Below, piece by piece: positions 45,087 through 54,481 of a DNA stretch of 64,000 nt. Made by a program: the position numbers and the translations under genes. The notes under the pieces were generated by a model that ran no database searches, was not told the origin of the DNA, and saw only the letters and a program-made list of their open reading frames with translations. Location: positions 186,001 through 250,000 of IMG/VR virus record IMGVR_UViG_3300020380_000001; one strand, 5' to 3'. Numbering within the stretch: the first letter of the stretch is position 1; the number at the start of each line of letters is the position of its first letter.

Positions 45087-46023
45087 ACTGTAACCTCATC
45101 ATGGTCATATCTTCTTCCGGCATTAATACTACTCCGTATTTTTCCTGCTCAACTATTATGCGCTTAATATGATTGCGTACCGATTCATAGTCGTGCGGGT
45201 TGTTGGTAGTCAGTAAACCAGACATAGAGAAACACTCTATTTCAAGACCATTCTCAGTCCGGTAATATTTTATCGCACCTGCGCGATATACCCCTTTCGC
45301 CACAATTGTACCAGTCCCATTAACACAGTACGCAGAAAATGCCGGCCTATTGACAATGACTTCTCGCATACGTAAGGACGCGTCCAAAGGATGGTGTATC
45401 GGCGTACTACTAAGCGGCACGGTGAACTTCGCATTAACTCGTAGCGCCTGCATCTGTGCTTCTTTTAAGAAGGGTGTGTCTGAAGGTATGCTGTTCTCTA
45501 CTTGGCCACAATCATAAGAATTATGACGCAAGTAAATAGCCAAGTGTTTGATTCTTTCACATAGCGGTATAACCGGATGCCCAGTCATTACATACTCAAC
45601 ACTAGACGACCTCGTTATACCAATTGGGCTTTCTCTGTGCAGAGATACAGTGACTGAGTAACTTGCACCCTCTGTGCTAGTGGCAGAATTTGCAACGTAC
45701 CTCACCCCAACTAGGTGATTCTTGCTTGCTTGCCAGGTAACAGTCATATCGACATCAGTCCATTTGGCCTCCCTAGTCTTTATTCTAAACATACCCAAGT
45801 CGTTTAGCATGCAAGCTTCGTTCAAATTCTTGTTAACTGGTAACTTCTCTGTTATTGCGAGTATTCCGTTACCTTCGTTAGAAAAAAGATCCAAGAACGT
45901 CCAAAAGTCAAACGGTTCATCTGCCCCCTTGCCGATAGACGCGAAGCGATATAAGTGTCGATAATCATTCATTGCGATTTCAGCAATAGCAGCACTATGC
46001 CTGCAAAGTGTTTCAATAACCAT
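45076..46023 (-). CDS. C-terminal-tag array member 11
   Basis: Ends MPEEDMTMMRLQYGC. Confidence 0.8.
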   Translation of the reverse strand: MVIETLCRHSAAIAEIAMNDYRHLYRFASIGKGADEPFDFWTFLDLFSNEGNGILAITEKLPVNKNLNEACMLNDLGMFRIKTREAKWTDVDMTVTWQASKNHLVGVRYVANSATSTEGASYSVTVSLHRESPIGITRSSSVEYVMTGHPVIPLCERIKHLAIYLRHNSYDCGQVENSIPSDTPFLKEAQMQALRVNAKFTVPLSSTPIHHPLDASLRMREVIVNRPAFSAYCVNGTGTIVAKGVYRAGAIKYYRTENGLEIECFSMSGLLTTNNPHDYESVRNHIKRIIVEQEKYGVVLMPEEDMTMMRLQYGC

Positions 46024-46873
46024 AATTAAGGGCCATAATTGTTGCGTCAGTATCGTTTAAAATTCTCAGGCCTGTTTCGGCTTCTGCCTCTCGCACTTCG
46101 CTTAAGCGATGCGCAGATGTAAACCATTCACCGCTTAATTCGTCATAGCCAAACCCAACTCTTTGATTCGCGACACGCCCATCGGAGCCATACTCTACTA
46201 CTGTACGAATTGGCTTACATGGATTAATGACATAAAATTTAGTGTCTTTGGAAAATGGGAAGTTATCACCATATACAGCAAACGGACGGCGTAGTATTTC
46301 CTTTCGTAACAGTGCGCCACTGCCAGAGTGTCCTTGGGTTTTTGTTAAGTAGCGCCTTGTGTATATGCTTCCTGGAACATACGCCGGTATAGCAACATAC
46401 CGCGACGTACGGAATTCAACAGCGCCGGTTTTATACACTAGCATCGTTAATTGTCGTGTGGCGTTTGATCCACGTTCCGGTGCGCGGTGCCCTTCGGGTA
46501 TTGACTGATGAAGTGACATAAACAGTCGCGTAAATGATGTACGCGGGCTGAGGCGTATAATTGCGTCATAACGCTTACCGGTACCAAAATCAATACCATC
46601 TATGTATATGCCGACCGAGCGTATTCTCTCAGAGTTGCGTACTGAGATTGCCAAGCCGCACATGTTGTATTCGTACTCAAACCCCTCACTTTCACCATCC
46701 GATGCATACGGCAGCACTTCCAATAACTTATTAGTAAAGTCCTGGACAGTATTCATACGCCATTCCGTATGTGTTTCTTTCATGTTGCGCAGGTAAAGCT
46801 TGCCAAAGTGTCGCAAGCCAGTCATAATAATACCTAACGTGCGGTGATCGAATGCTTTATTTCTAGTAACCAT
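46013..46873 (-). CDS. C-terminal-tag array member 10
   Basis: Ends LNDTDATIMALNYGY. Confidence 0.8.
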   Translation of the reverse strand: MVTRNKAFDHRTLGIIMTGLRHFGKLYLRNMKETHTEWRMNTVQDFTNKLLEVLPYASDGESEGFEYEYNMCGLAISVRNSERIRSVGIYIDGIDFGTGKRYDAIIRLSPRTSFTRLFMSLHQSIPEGHRAPERGSNATRQLTMLVYKTGAVEFRTSRYVAIPAYVPGSIYTRRYLTKTQGHSGSGALLRKEILRRPFAVYGDNFPFSKDTKFYVINPCKPIRTVVEYGSDGRVANQRVGFGYDELSGEWFTSAHRLSEVREAEAETGLRILNDTDATIMALNYGY

Positions 46874-47618
46874 TTAACATTCCTGCCCATACTTCTTTAG
46901 TTTCAATTGGTGCTAGATTTCCTTTACCTTTGCGATACGTGTTAACGAACCCCATCCGGCGTGTAAGAGAGCTTTTTTCACCAAAGTCATCTAAAACACC
47001 GACCACTTCCGGCGAGTCAGTTATTTCGAGCGGCAGACTCCACTCCCTAGTAACCCTTGCATCACCTGTTTCGTAGTCCTTAGAACTCACTTGTATCGCT
47101 GGAATATGTGCTTTTACCGGTACAGCTTCAGTAAAGGTAACGTTGCGATATAAGTAACGTATAGTGATCTCGTTGTTTTCGTAATCAATTATAAGCTTTG
47201 AGCCGCTAAGTGAGTTAAACCGAATTTCAATTTTCCTAACTTTTGCACCTTTAGACACTATAATAAGGCTAAGCGCGGGTCGGTGACATTGATCAAGTCC
47301 GATTCTGGTTTTAAGGAATTCATGCGGTACTCGTTCTTCAACACCGCGTTTTTGATACACCGATAGTGTAACCGCATTATAGTAATTACTGGTTTTGGAC
47401 TCGATATAGAAATGTGTTTGACGATCACCTATTTCGTGCGTTTCGCTGAACACGTTACCCTTCTTGACTTGGCTAAGGATACGTGTGTTGTGCTCGCCTA
47501 TTGCTTCGAGCTTTTCTCGAAGCGCATCGAAATCAAGTATACGCGCACGCGATACCATGGGTAGTATTTCCATCGCGTAGCCATAGAACTCTTTAGTTAG
47601 GCCGTACATGTCAAACAT
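46863..47618 (-). CDS. C-terminal-tag array member 9
   Basis: Ends ETKEVWAGMLNGY; AGGAG RBS. Confidence 0.8.
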   Translation of the reverse strand: MFDMYGLTKEFYGYAMEILPMVSRARILDFDALREKLEAIGEHNTRILSQVKKGNVFSETHEIGDRQTHFYIESKTSNYYNAVTLSVYQKRGVEERVPHEFLKTRIGLDQCHRPALSLIIVSKGAKVRKIEIRFNSLSGSKLIIDYENNEITIRYLYRNVTFTEAVPVKAHIPAIQVSSKDYETGDARVTREWSLPLEITDSPEVVGVLDDFGEKSSLTRRMGFVNTYRKGKGNLAPIETKEVWAGMLNGY

Positions 47619-47643
47619 TGTTGCTCTCCTTTATCATAAGCAC

Positions 47644-47672
47644 AATATACGACACAAACAACCGTTAGTCAA
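47644..47672 (-). promoter_or_regulatory. sigma70-like promoter inside the array
   Basis: TTGACT-17-TATATT in a 71-bp gap. Confidence 0.7.
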
Positions 47673-47689
47673 GAAAGTTTTCTAATTGA

Positions 47690-48466
47690 TTACATATACT
47701 GTATTCTGTTTGCGAAAATCTCAGGATAAGTTAAAGGTGGTTGGTTGTATTGTTTGCGCTTTTTGTCGACATAGTCCATAGCATTATTGAAACTACGTTC
47801 ACCAACAATTGCCCATTCTTGCTGTAACACTCGCTCGCTAGACCGCGTGTCATTTACGAAGTCAGTGTTTAATACAAACTGGCGCGGTATGTGTACTCGT
47901 AAAGGCACTCGCTCCTCCCAAAGTCGGCGCTGGGACAGGGTTTCGTAATTGGCCAGAGTTAGCCCTTCGTCAGTTAATGTCACTGAGCGAGATCCAAAAA
48001 AATCAGACTCGGTGCGTATACACAAACCAGCAGAACTAAGTTCTGATTGCTTTGTTAAGTTAACATTCATAGAAACGTCAAGAACGCGTCTATACGGGTG
48101 TGTTTTACGCTTGCGCTTGCCAGGATACGTGCGCAGTGCGTAAACGTTGAAAGACCAGTACATGCTCGCAAGGACAGAGCGACTCACACGTATTTTAAAT
48201 TCACGGCCATTAACTACCAAATTTGGTGATGAATGCTCCCAAGTACCAGCACTTTCACCGAACTGGTTCTTGAGTTCAGAACAAGCCGTTGCGATTTCAA
48301 TAATAGTAGTGTGCCATTTTGTACGAAGCGCACGCATAGTGTCATAAGTAGCTTGCGGATCGGGGCGCCTGACTTGACTAACACCAGTAATAATACTGAA
48401 GCCAGTTTTTATAAAATCAAGTGCGCAGCTTTCAGCTGCCCGTACCGTTGCTTCACTAGGCTTCAC
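47690..48466 (-). CDS. C-terminal-tag array member 8
   Basis: Ends LTYPEIFANRIQYM. Confidence 0.8.
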   Translation of the reverse strand: MKPSEATVRAAESCALDFIKTGFSIITGVSQVRRPDPQATYDTMRALRTKWHTTIIEIATACSELKNQFGESAGTWEHSSPNLVVNGREFKIRVSRSVLASMYWSFNVYALRTYPGKRKRKTHPYRRVLDVSMNVNLTKQSELSSAGLCIRTESDFFGSRSVTLTDEGLTLANYETLSQRRLWEERVPLRVHIPRQFVLNTDFVNDTRSSERVLQQEWAIVGERSFNNAMDYVDKKRKQYNQPPLTYPEIFANRIQYM

Positions 48467-49178
48467 AGATTACACCGTGCTGTAAACAAAGCATTGAGCG
48501 CTCGTTAGAGTCGCTTACGTGCTGTAATTTGTCGTGTACTTGCAGTGCAAGCGATCCGCCCATATAGTTTCTACCGCGCTCAACGATAGTGCTATCAGGG
48601 TGTAAGCGCCATACAGCAAGTGTCGGTGAGTCCATAAATAGTGCGTTTTTGTTAGTAACGCCAACTTCGCGTGCAATATTGATTATTTTTTCTTTCGGCG
48701 ATGTTGCGTCAAACATTTTTTTATGACTTTTTTTCAACGATGCGTCAATGTTAAATGGAAATTTGGTTGTCGCCGCTTCAAGGCTAACGTGTTTAACACG
48801 ATAGCTGTCGTCGCTATATGAACTAAACACTGTATTCAGCACAACATATGCACGGTCATGCAAGTTTACTTTGCCGTTTGAACGTTCTAACACACTAATT
48901 GTAGCAGTTACGCTCACTGTGCCTGGACGATATTCTTCAAACGTATAGTTTTCAGCTACATCTAAAGTTAAGCAATATTTGGCATTTTTTGTATCAAGCA
49001 ATGTCATTGGGACACCTTGGTACACGCCAGATTTGATCATCGAATCACATAAACCAGGAATCAAATTAAGGATTTCTTCAGCGCCTTCGTACGATGCACT
49101 ATCACGAAGTCTAAAGTTGTGACGCGCTTTGATTAACTTTTTTACAAACGTATTGATTTCAGCAGCTAATTCTTTCAT
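48456..49178 (-). CDS. C-terminal-tag array member 7
   Basis: Ends SDSNERSMLCLQHGVICEA. Confidence 0.8.
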   Translation of the reverse strand: MKELAAEINTFVKKLIKARHNFRLRDSASYEGAEEILNLIPGLCDSMIKSGVYQGVPMTLLDTKNAKYCLTLDVAENYTFEEYRPGTVSVTATISVLERSNGKVNLHDRAYVVLNTVFSSYSDDSYRVKHVSLEAATTKFPFNIDASLKKSHKKMFDATSPKEKIINIAREVGVTNKNALFMDSPTLAVWRLHPDSTIVERGRNYMGGSLALQVHDKLQHVSDSNERSMLCLQHGVICEA

Positions 49179-49831
49179 AAACCTTGCAACCTTGTAAGTG
49201 TAATAAGTCTAGTCTTTTCTTCGTCAGCAATGTTTAATCTCTTTATCTGTTCAACAACACTGCCACCGCTATAATTGACATTATATACGATTGCCTGTTT
49301 GGTTGTCAAGCAGAATTCTGAATATTGTTTCATTGGTATTAACGGAAACGTAAGGCCAAGTTCAGATCGTAAGTATTCGTCCTCTCTAGTCCATGATATA
49401 TAAGACTTTCCTGATGATTCATACAAAACAAGAGTAAGAGCCCTTTTTCCAAATCTTGTGTCACTTAGAACTACACTAGTAGGACTGCCTGGTTTCGTGA
49501 TCACTGTGAGTCTACGTGTTACATGGCGTTCTTCGTCATCTGACAGTATTTGTTTTTGTATAGATAATATCTCAAAATGCATTGCCTCAATTCTGGTTGC
49601 CGGCTTGCGTGCGCTTACGCCTACTTTATGCGTATCACCGTCGTATATAATCCCATCGCGCATTACAGTCGCGCCCGGGCATGCTTGGTTTACTGCTAGA
49701 CGACTTAAGCTTGCTATCTGTAAAACGAACGATTCCATGGCATCAGTATCATATGCTCTTCTTAGTGAGCGCACATTGCTGGTTACCAGCTTGCCTATGT
49801 GGTTTACGGTTTCTAATATTTCATCACGCAT
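49175..49831 (-). CDS. C-terminal-tag array member 6
   Basis: Ends IADEEKTRLITLTRLQGL. Confidence 0.8.
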   Translation of the reverse strand: MRDEILETVNHIGKLVTSNVRSLRRAYDTDAMESFVLQIASLSRLAVNQACPGATVMRDGIIYDGDTHKVGVSARKPATRIEAMHFEILSIQKQILSDDEERHVTRRLTVITKPGSPTSVVLSDTRFGKRALTLVLYESSGKSYISWTREDEYLRSELGLTFPLIPMKQYSEFCLTTKQAIVYNVNYSGGSVVEQIKRLNIADEEKTRLITLTRLQGL

Positions 49832-50624
49832 ATTGAAGCCTTAGCATTGCGATACGGTTTGGGTCAACCTTCTTTTCATTATTACCTATACGATTGCGTA
49901 TGTGTAAGTCAATATCATTTCGAGTGAAATACGCGTTATTGCCGAACTCATTATCGTCAGCGTCAAACACTGATGTTTCGATTGACGGGGATTCCAAAAA
50001 CAACGGATAGCTTTCTACATTACCTACGTTACGTTTTAAATGCATATACGCGATACCTGTTTGCGACAATATTTTAATAGGAAACCTGGACATACTATAC
50101 GACACACGAATTACCGATTTTGAATCAGAACTAGTATGGCCAGGCACAGCGGCTGATCGAATAGATAACTTAAATGGCTTCTTTGCTAGGTACGAGTTGG
50201 ATACTGTTACCGTAAAGCCGTTGTCGCTCTCTGAATTATAAAAAGTGCTTATTGTCAATGTAAGCTCGTGTATGAACACTGATATCGACAGACTTTCTGC
50301 CGTGAATGGATCCCGTATGAGTCGTATATGACTAGAGTTCAAACCAGTCGAGTGCGCTAATTCAGCATAAGACATCGCTTCTACGACTTTGCGGGCTTTG
50401 TTGGCTATCGATACATGTGCGCGTCTAGTTCGCTTAAACTTGCCTTTAGTTGTAGTCAGATACAACCTGTTCTTTAACACACACTCAAGCAGATCTTTAG
50501 TACTTTTCATATACCGCTTATAGCCAGGCGTATTATCGTATACTCTACGATTCCTAATAGGCTCATATACTCGTTGCGTGAACCCATCTATATCCAATAT
50601 GTCCATGTTAATATTGCTCCCCAA
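49824..50624 (-). CDS. C-terminal-tag array member 5
   Basis: Ends VDPNRIAMLRLQYA. Confidence 0.8.
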   Translation of the reverse strand: MGSNINMDILDIDGFTQRVYEPIRNRRVYDNTPGYKRYMKSTKDLLECVLKNRLYLTTTKGKFKRTRRAHVSIANKARKVVEAMSYAELAHSTGLNSSHIRLIRDPFTAESLSISVFIHELTLTISTFYNSESDNGFTVTVSNSYLAKKPFKLSIRSAAVPGHTSSDSKSVIRVSYSMSRFPIKILSQTGIAYMHLKRNVGNVESYPLFLESPSIETSVFDADDNEFGNNAYFTRNDIDLHIRNRIGNNEKKVDPNRIAMLRLQYA

Positions 50625-51510
50625 GTACGAACAATGCTGCGGTAGACCGTTTTAGTATCGGCCCATGCATCTCTTCAACCAGTTTGGCTTCTTCTAAATA
50701 CTGACGTAACGTCATTGTTATATCAAACCCGTAGCGCCAGCGTCTTAGGTTTAGTTCTAATTTGTTAGTGCCCGATACTTGCACATATGTAGAAACTACA
50801 GGCACAAACGGTCTGAATAACTCAAGTGATTCGTACATCCAATAATCCGCGGTACACATTGCCTTATCAGTAACAGTACATGACATAAGACGGGTGTCTG
50901 TGTTTTTATTTGCCACAAATACTATCTCACCGATATTAGACGATAGACGAACCTTTCTTTCAGCTGAAGATACACCGTCCCAGTTAGACCATAATCCAGT
51001 GCGTGCGGTTGCTGTGACGTACCGGTGCTCCATATAAAACTCGTATGAAGCTCTAGACCAGCGCCTATAGAATACCGCACTTGGGCCGTATAACTTTGTC
51101 TTAGTGAGTTTGCTATGCTTACTAAAGGTTATTTGCACCGTGTACACAACGTCGTTATATTCAATAGTAACACCGTAACACTCACTGGTATAATCACCGT
51201 CCACGATACATACGTTAGACGGATCGACAGTATGCATCCGCTTACGCGTCAACGTTACTTTTACGTTAGTGCCAGGCAAACGACACAAGTAAACCGGATT
51301 AAAATCACCTGACTTTAAAATAGCAGGGCCAATTTCTTCATCAACGAACGACATAAAATCGCCCATCAACTTATGCATTGTTTTACCTACACCGACAACG
51401 CCTATATCCTCCCGTGGACCAAATCTAAACGACACCTTCCGTCTAGTTTCAACACGTTCTTTGCGCAGGCGCATTAAGTGCGTCAGTAGTTTGTTTCCTG
51501 GGTTACGCAT
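50608..51510 (-). CDS. C-terminal-tag array member 4
   Basis: Ends LKRSTAALFVLGEQY (weak match). Confidence 0.75.
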   Translation of the reverse strand: MRNPGNKLLTHLMRLRKERVETRRKVSFRFGPREDIGVVGVGKTMHKLMGDFMSFVDEEIGPAILKSGDFNPVYLCRLPGTNVKVTLTRKRMHTVDPSNVCIVDGDYTSECYGVTIEYNDVVYTVQITFSKHSKLTKTKLYGPSAVFYRRWSRASYEFYMEHRYVTATARTGLWSNWDGVSSAERKVRLSSNIGEIVFVANKNTDTRLMSCTVTDKAMCTADYWMYESLELFRPFVPVVSTYVQVSGTNKLELNLRRWRYGFDITMTLRQYLEEAKLVEEMHGPILKRSTAALFVLGEQY

Positions 51511-52375
51511 AATTCAACCTCATTAAGGCAAACTGTTCTTCTGTTAACCGATCACCAATACACCACTCGGCCACTGTTTCGCAAGAACCGCTTAGTGTCG
51601 GCAGGGACTCGTAATCAGCGAGAAACACGTTTTCTGCTATTACGGTGCTACTGGTATCGTAATACTTGTCGAAACTAGCAAACATCATGGTAGACTCTTC
51701 GTTGTTGAGAACTTTAGTCCCAGGATGGTAACGACACGAAATTGCATTAGGACCCGGGTTAGCGTAGTCAAACCGTCTCATATACACTATCCGTGTCCCA
51801 TGTCTATATGCAAGTGAATGTCCGCGCACCCAGATCGCACAAAGCCCTCTTCTCGAGGAGGCATACGCTATATGAATAGGACGCTCGATAGTCATGTCTT
51901 TGTTTGGGCTGCTCATGTTTATAGTCAACATGTAGTCGCTTCTAGGCTGGTGCTTATAAAACCGTAACGTGAAGTCAACGTGAACATTACCAGCGACCAC
52001 GATAGTTACTCGACGAGAAAACCTGTCCTGCCAAGTTACTTTGGGATCATATTCTGCTACTTCTTCAAGTTCGACTTTGGGTATGAAATCCACATTGTAT
52101 AGCTTAGACGCAATATAAGTAGATAACAATGAGCTGCCGACTAGACGAAACACTGCGCGTTCAACCGGGCGACCATCATCATCCATTATACGGTTAATAC
52201 GTTTGGCTATTGCTAGATGAGTCATTTTGCAATCGTTGGAAAGTGCATCGTTTATAGCTTTTATGTTGGCGACAACATCATACCCAAACACGTAGGAATC
52301 CTTATAATTTTCCATCACCGTACTCCATTTTAAGTCGTAGACGTTCTTCGGCGGATACGCGGGATAGTACGTCAT
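51503..52375 (-). CDS. C-terminal-tag array member 3
   Basis: Ends LTEEQFALMRLNYA; true start may be MENYKDS at 52318. Confidence 0.8.
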   Translation of the reverse strand: MTYYPAYPPKNVYDLKWSTVMENYKDSYVFGYDVVANIKAINDALSNDCKMTHLAIAKRINRIMDDDGRPVERAVFRLVGSSLLSTYIASKLYNVDFIPKVELEEVAEYDPKVTWQDRFSRRVTIVVAGNVHVDFTLRFYKHQPRSDYMLTINMSSPNKDMTIERPIHIAYASSRRGLCAIWVRGHSLAYRHGTRIVYMRRFDYANPGPNAISCRYHPGTKVLNNEESTMMFASFDKYYDTSSTVIAENVFLADYESLPTLSGSCETVAEWCIGDRLTEEQFALMRLNYA

Positions 52376-53033
52376 TAAACTCTACAGGGATATCATTTAA
52401 CATCCACTGAGCCCTTAGCACTTGTTTCACAGCACTAAAGTCATCCACATCGTATTGGAAAGTAACAGCGGCAGGGCGCTCCGTTGAATGAATGACAAAA
52501 TCATTAATTATTTGATCTGCATTCATATTAACCGGATCTAACCCTGTATTACTGTAATACCCGTGAGTCATAACACACGGAGTGTGTCCGGATACAATTT
52601 TTTTCGTTCCGTCTATATGTTCCATAGCAACACTCATTGACGTTGACGAGTTATAAACATACTTGACCGCGTCCGTCGTACCAACGCCTTCAACAATAAT
52701 CAAAGTAGGCGGCCAGTTTCCTTGACGAGACTCTTCAAGAGTGCGAGTGGCGATCGCTGCCATTGTTTCACGAGTGTATTGCGTGTGAAATGTCATACCA
52801 ATACTAGTACGCGAGGTTGGACTCGTAAACATTACGCTAGTCACTAACTTGCGATTGGCGGTTAGCACAATACCATATTGTCGTTTGATTTCGGCCGCAC
52901 GGCCGTTTATATAAGTGGCTGCGCATTCGTGCCTAGACGGTATGCCGATTATGGTTGTCATTGTAGTCATCTTAAAGAAAAGGTCTTCAAGATTTCTTGG
53001 CAATGTGGATAAGCTGGAGATTGTATCTAGCAT
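52302..53033 (-). CDS. C-terminal-tag array member 2
   Basis: Ends VSAEERLRLKMEYGDGKL. Confidence 0.8.
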   Translation of the reverse strand: MLDTISSLSTLPRNLEDLFFKMTTMTTIIGIPSRHECAATYINGRAAEIKRQYGIVLTANRKLVTSVMFTSPTSRTSIGMTFHTQYTRETMAAIATRTLEESRQGNWPPTLIIVEGVGTTDAVKYVYNSSTSMSVAMEHIDGTKKIVSGHTPCVMTHGYYSNTGLDPVNMNADQIINDFVIHSTERPAAVTFQYDVDDFSAVKQVLRAQWMLNDIPVEFNDVLSRVSAEERLRLKMEYGDGKL

Positions 53034-53096
53034 CGTTGCCTTCTTTGTTAAACGTGTATAATGTTAGATTAACAAAGTCGGCAACAAGAAACAAGA

Positions 53097-53891
53097 TTAT
53101 CCGTAATTTAATCTATATAAGAGGTATTCTGAAGGGCTAAGGTGTCGTTTAAGATAATAGTCACCCATGCCACTGAGTGCGGATTTCAAATCACATAAAT
53201 CAATCAGTGTGTATGAGCTATGAACTGGCCCATCGCTGTTTGGTGGTCTGTGGTGTGATTCATACATAGCAAAGCATTCGTCAACAGTAATGTCTTTTAC
53301 TCTACTACCAGCGCCCGGAACAAAGTCTTCATGAAGAGATAGCCAGAATTTAATTGACCGACCAAACGGCATGGGCGCGTCAGTCATTTTGCGGCCTAAT
53401 ACTTTAGCTGGATTTGGAAGATACGATATCCGTTGGCTATAGTCGCTGATAGAAATAGATAATACTGACCTCCCACTTGCTACACGCACATCAAGAGCAG
53501 GTATACCGTGTGCATAGTTATTCACAGTGAGCTTTGTCGTGAAACGAGCGGTGTCATTTGGGTTTATTAAACTAAGATACTCTGACTTGTTAATCTCCCA
53601 AACCCTATCTTTGCCAGTAACAGATTTTCCGTTTATCACTAAATCAGTCATAGGCCATCTAGGTGACACAGTATCACCGATATATCTTACGCGTGTCTTT
53701 ATGATTATCCTTGATAGCTCACATACACACGAGTGGATGCATTTCAAATCTTCTACTACTTGATCAGCAAAAATACTGAAGTCCTTCTTATTACGTGTCA
53801 GTTTGCGCACTCGGCGAAAACTATTCAACACATCATCGAAGTTAGACGAAAGCTCTACTTTCTTGTCACCAAATTCTGCATAACTATTCAT
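53097..53891 (-). CDS. C-terminal-tag array member 1
   Basis: Ends LSPSEYLLYRLNYG. Confidence 0.8.
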   Translation of the reverse strand: MNSYAEFGDKKVELSSNFDDVLNSFRRVRKLTRNKKDFSIFADQVVEDLKCIHSCVCELSRIIIKTRVRYIGDTVSPRWPMTDLVINGKSVTGKDRVWEINKSEYLSLINPNDTARFTTKLTVNNYAHGIPALDVRVASGRSVLSISISDYSQRISYLPNPAKVLGRKMTDAPMPFGRSIKFWLSLHEDFVPGAGSRVKDITVDECFAMYESHHRPPNSDGPVHSSYTLIDLCDLKSALSGMGDYYLKRHLSPSEYLLYRLNYG

Positions 53892-54481
53892 TGCATCTCC
53901 AAGAGTGAACAGAACCTACTTGTGCATTCAGGTTTCTTGCTGGCTATATTAAAACGATTCTTAATGCGCGTGATACATAGCTTGATAAGACCTGCTTTTT
54001 GCGTAACGTCCTCTGAATACTCAAGTCCGCGCTTGTACACGAACCCTGCATTATAAGACGCAAGAGCCATTGGATGATTGCCGCCACGTATACGCAACCA
54101 GTATTTTATCTCGTTTATGGCAAGATGTGCGCCGAGACCTTGATCCATTACTAAGTCTTGGGCGAGCACGTTCGCCATAAACGAATCCCTGTCTATCCCA
54201 AGACGGCTTGTAGCCGTGTCAATATGGATTGCATACGGACCAAAGCTAGGATCGTTTATATTCAACAAGTACTTGCCGAGTTTACTTTCCCGCCACGCAA
54301 TAGCAGGAAGCACAGACTCAAGCCCGTACTCCTTGCCAATCTCATAGCTAGTTACCAACACGTTCGCTTGATCGTGGTTTATTCTGATGTTTGCATCGCA
54401 GAACTCGTCTATAGCTTGGTGCTGTGTACTACTCACAGTCAAGCCCAACGTAACGCCTACGACAGCGAATATGTTAATCAT
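53888..54481 (-). CDS. soluble lytic transglycosylase (SLT)-domain protein
   Basis: AIAWRES catalytic Glu motif, FGPYAI, ALASYNAG; hydrophobic N-terminal signal/SAR. Confidence 0.85.
   Translation of the reverse strand: MINIFAVVGVTLGLTVSSTQHQAIDEFCDANIRINHDQANVLVTSYEIGKEYGLESVLPAIAWRESKLGKYLLNINDPSFGPYAIHIDTATSRLGIDRDSFMANVLAQDLVMDQGLGAHLAINEIKYWLRIRGGNHPMALASYNAGFVYKRGLEYSEDVTQKAGLIKLCITRIKNRFNIASKKPECTSRFCSLLEMQ

Noticed and set aside
40981-53891. Diversity-generating retroelement or integron as the origin of the array
   Set aside because: No reverse transcriptase, no TR/VR pair with A-specific differences, no attC sites or integrase. The genes overlap directly.
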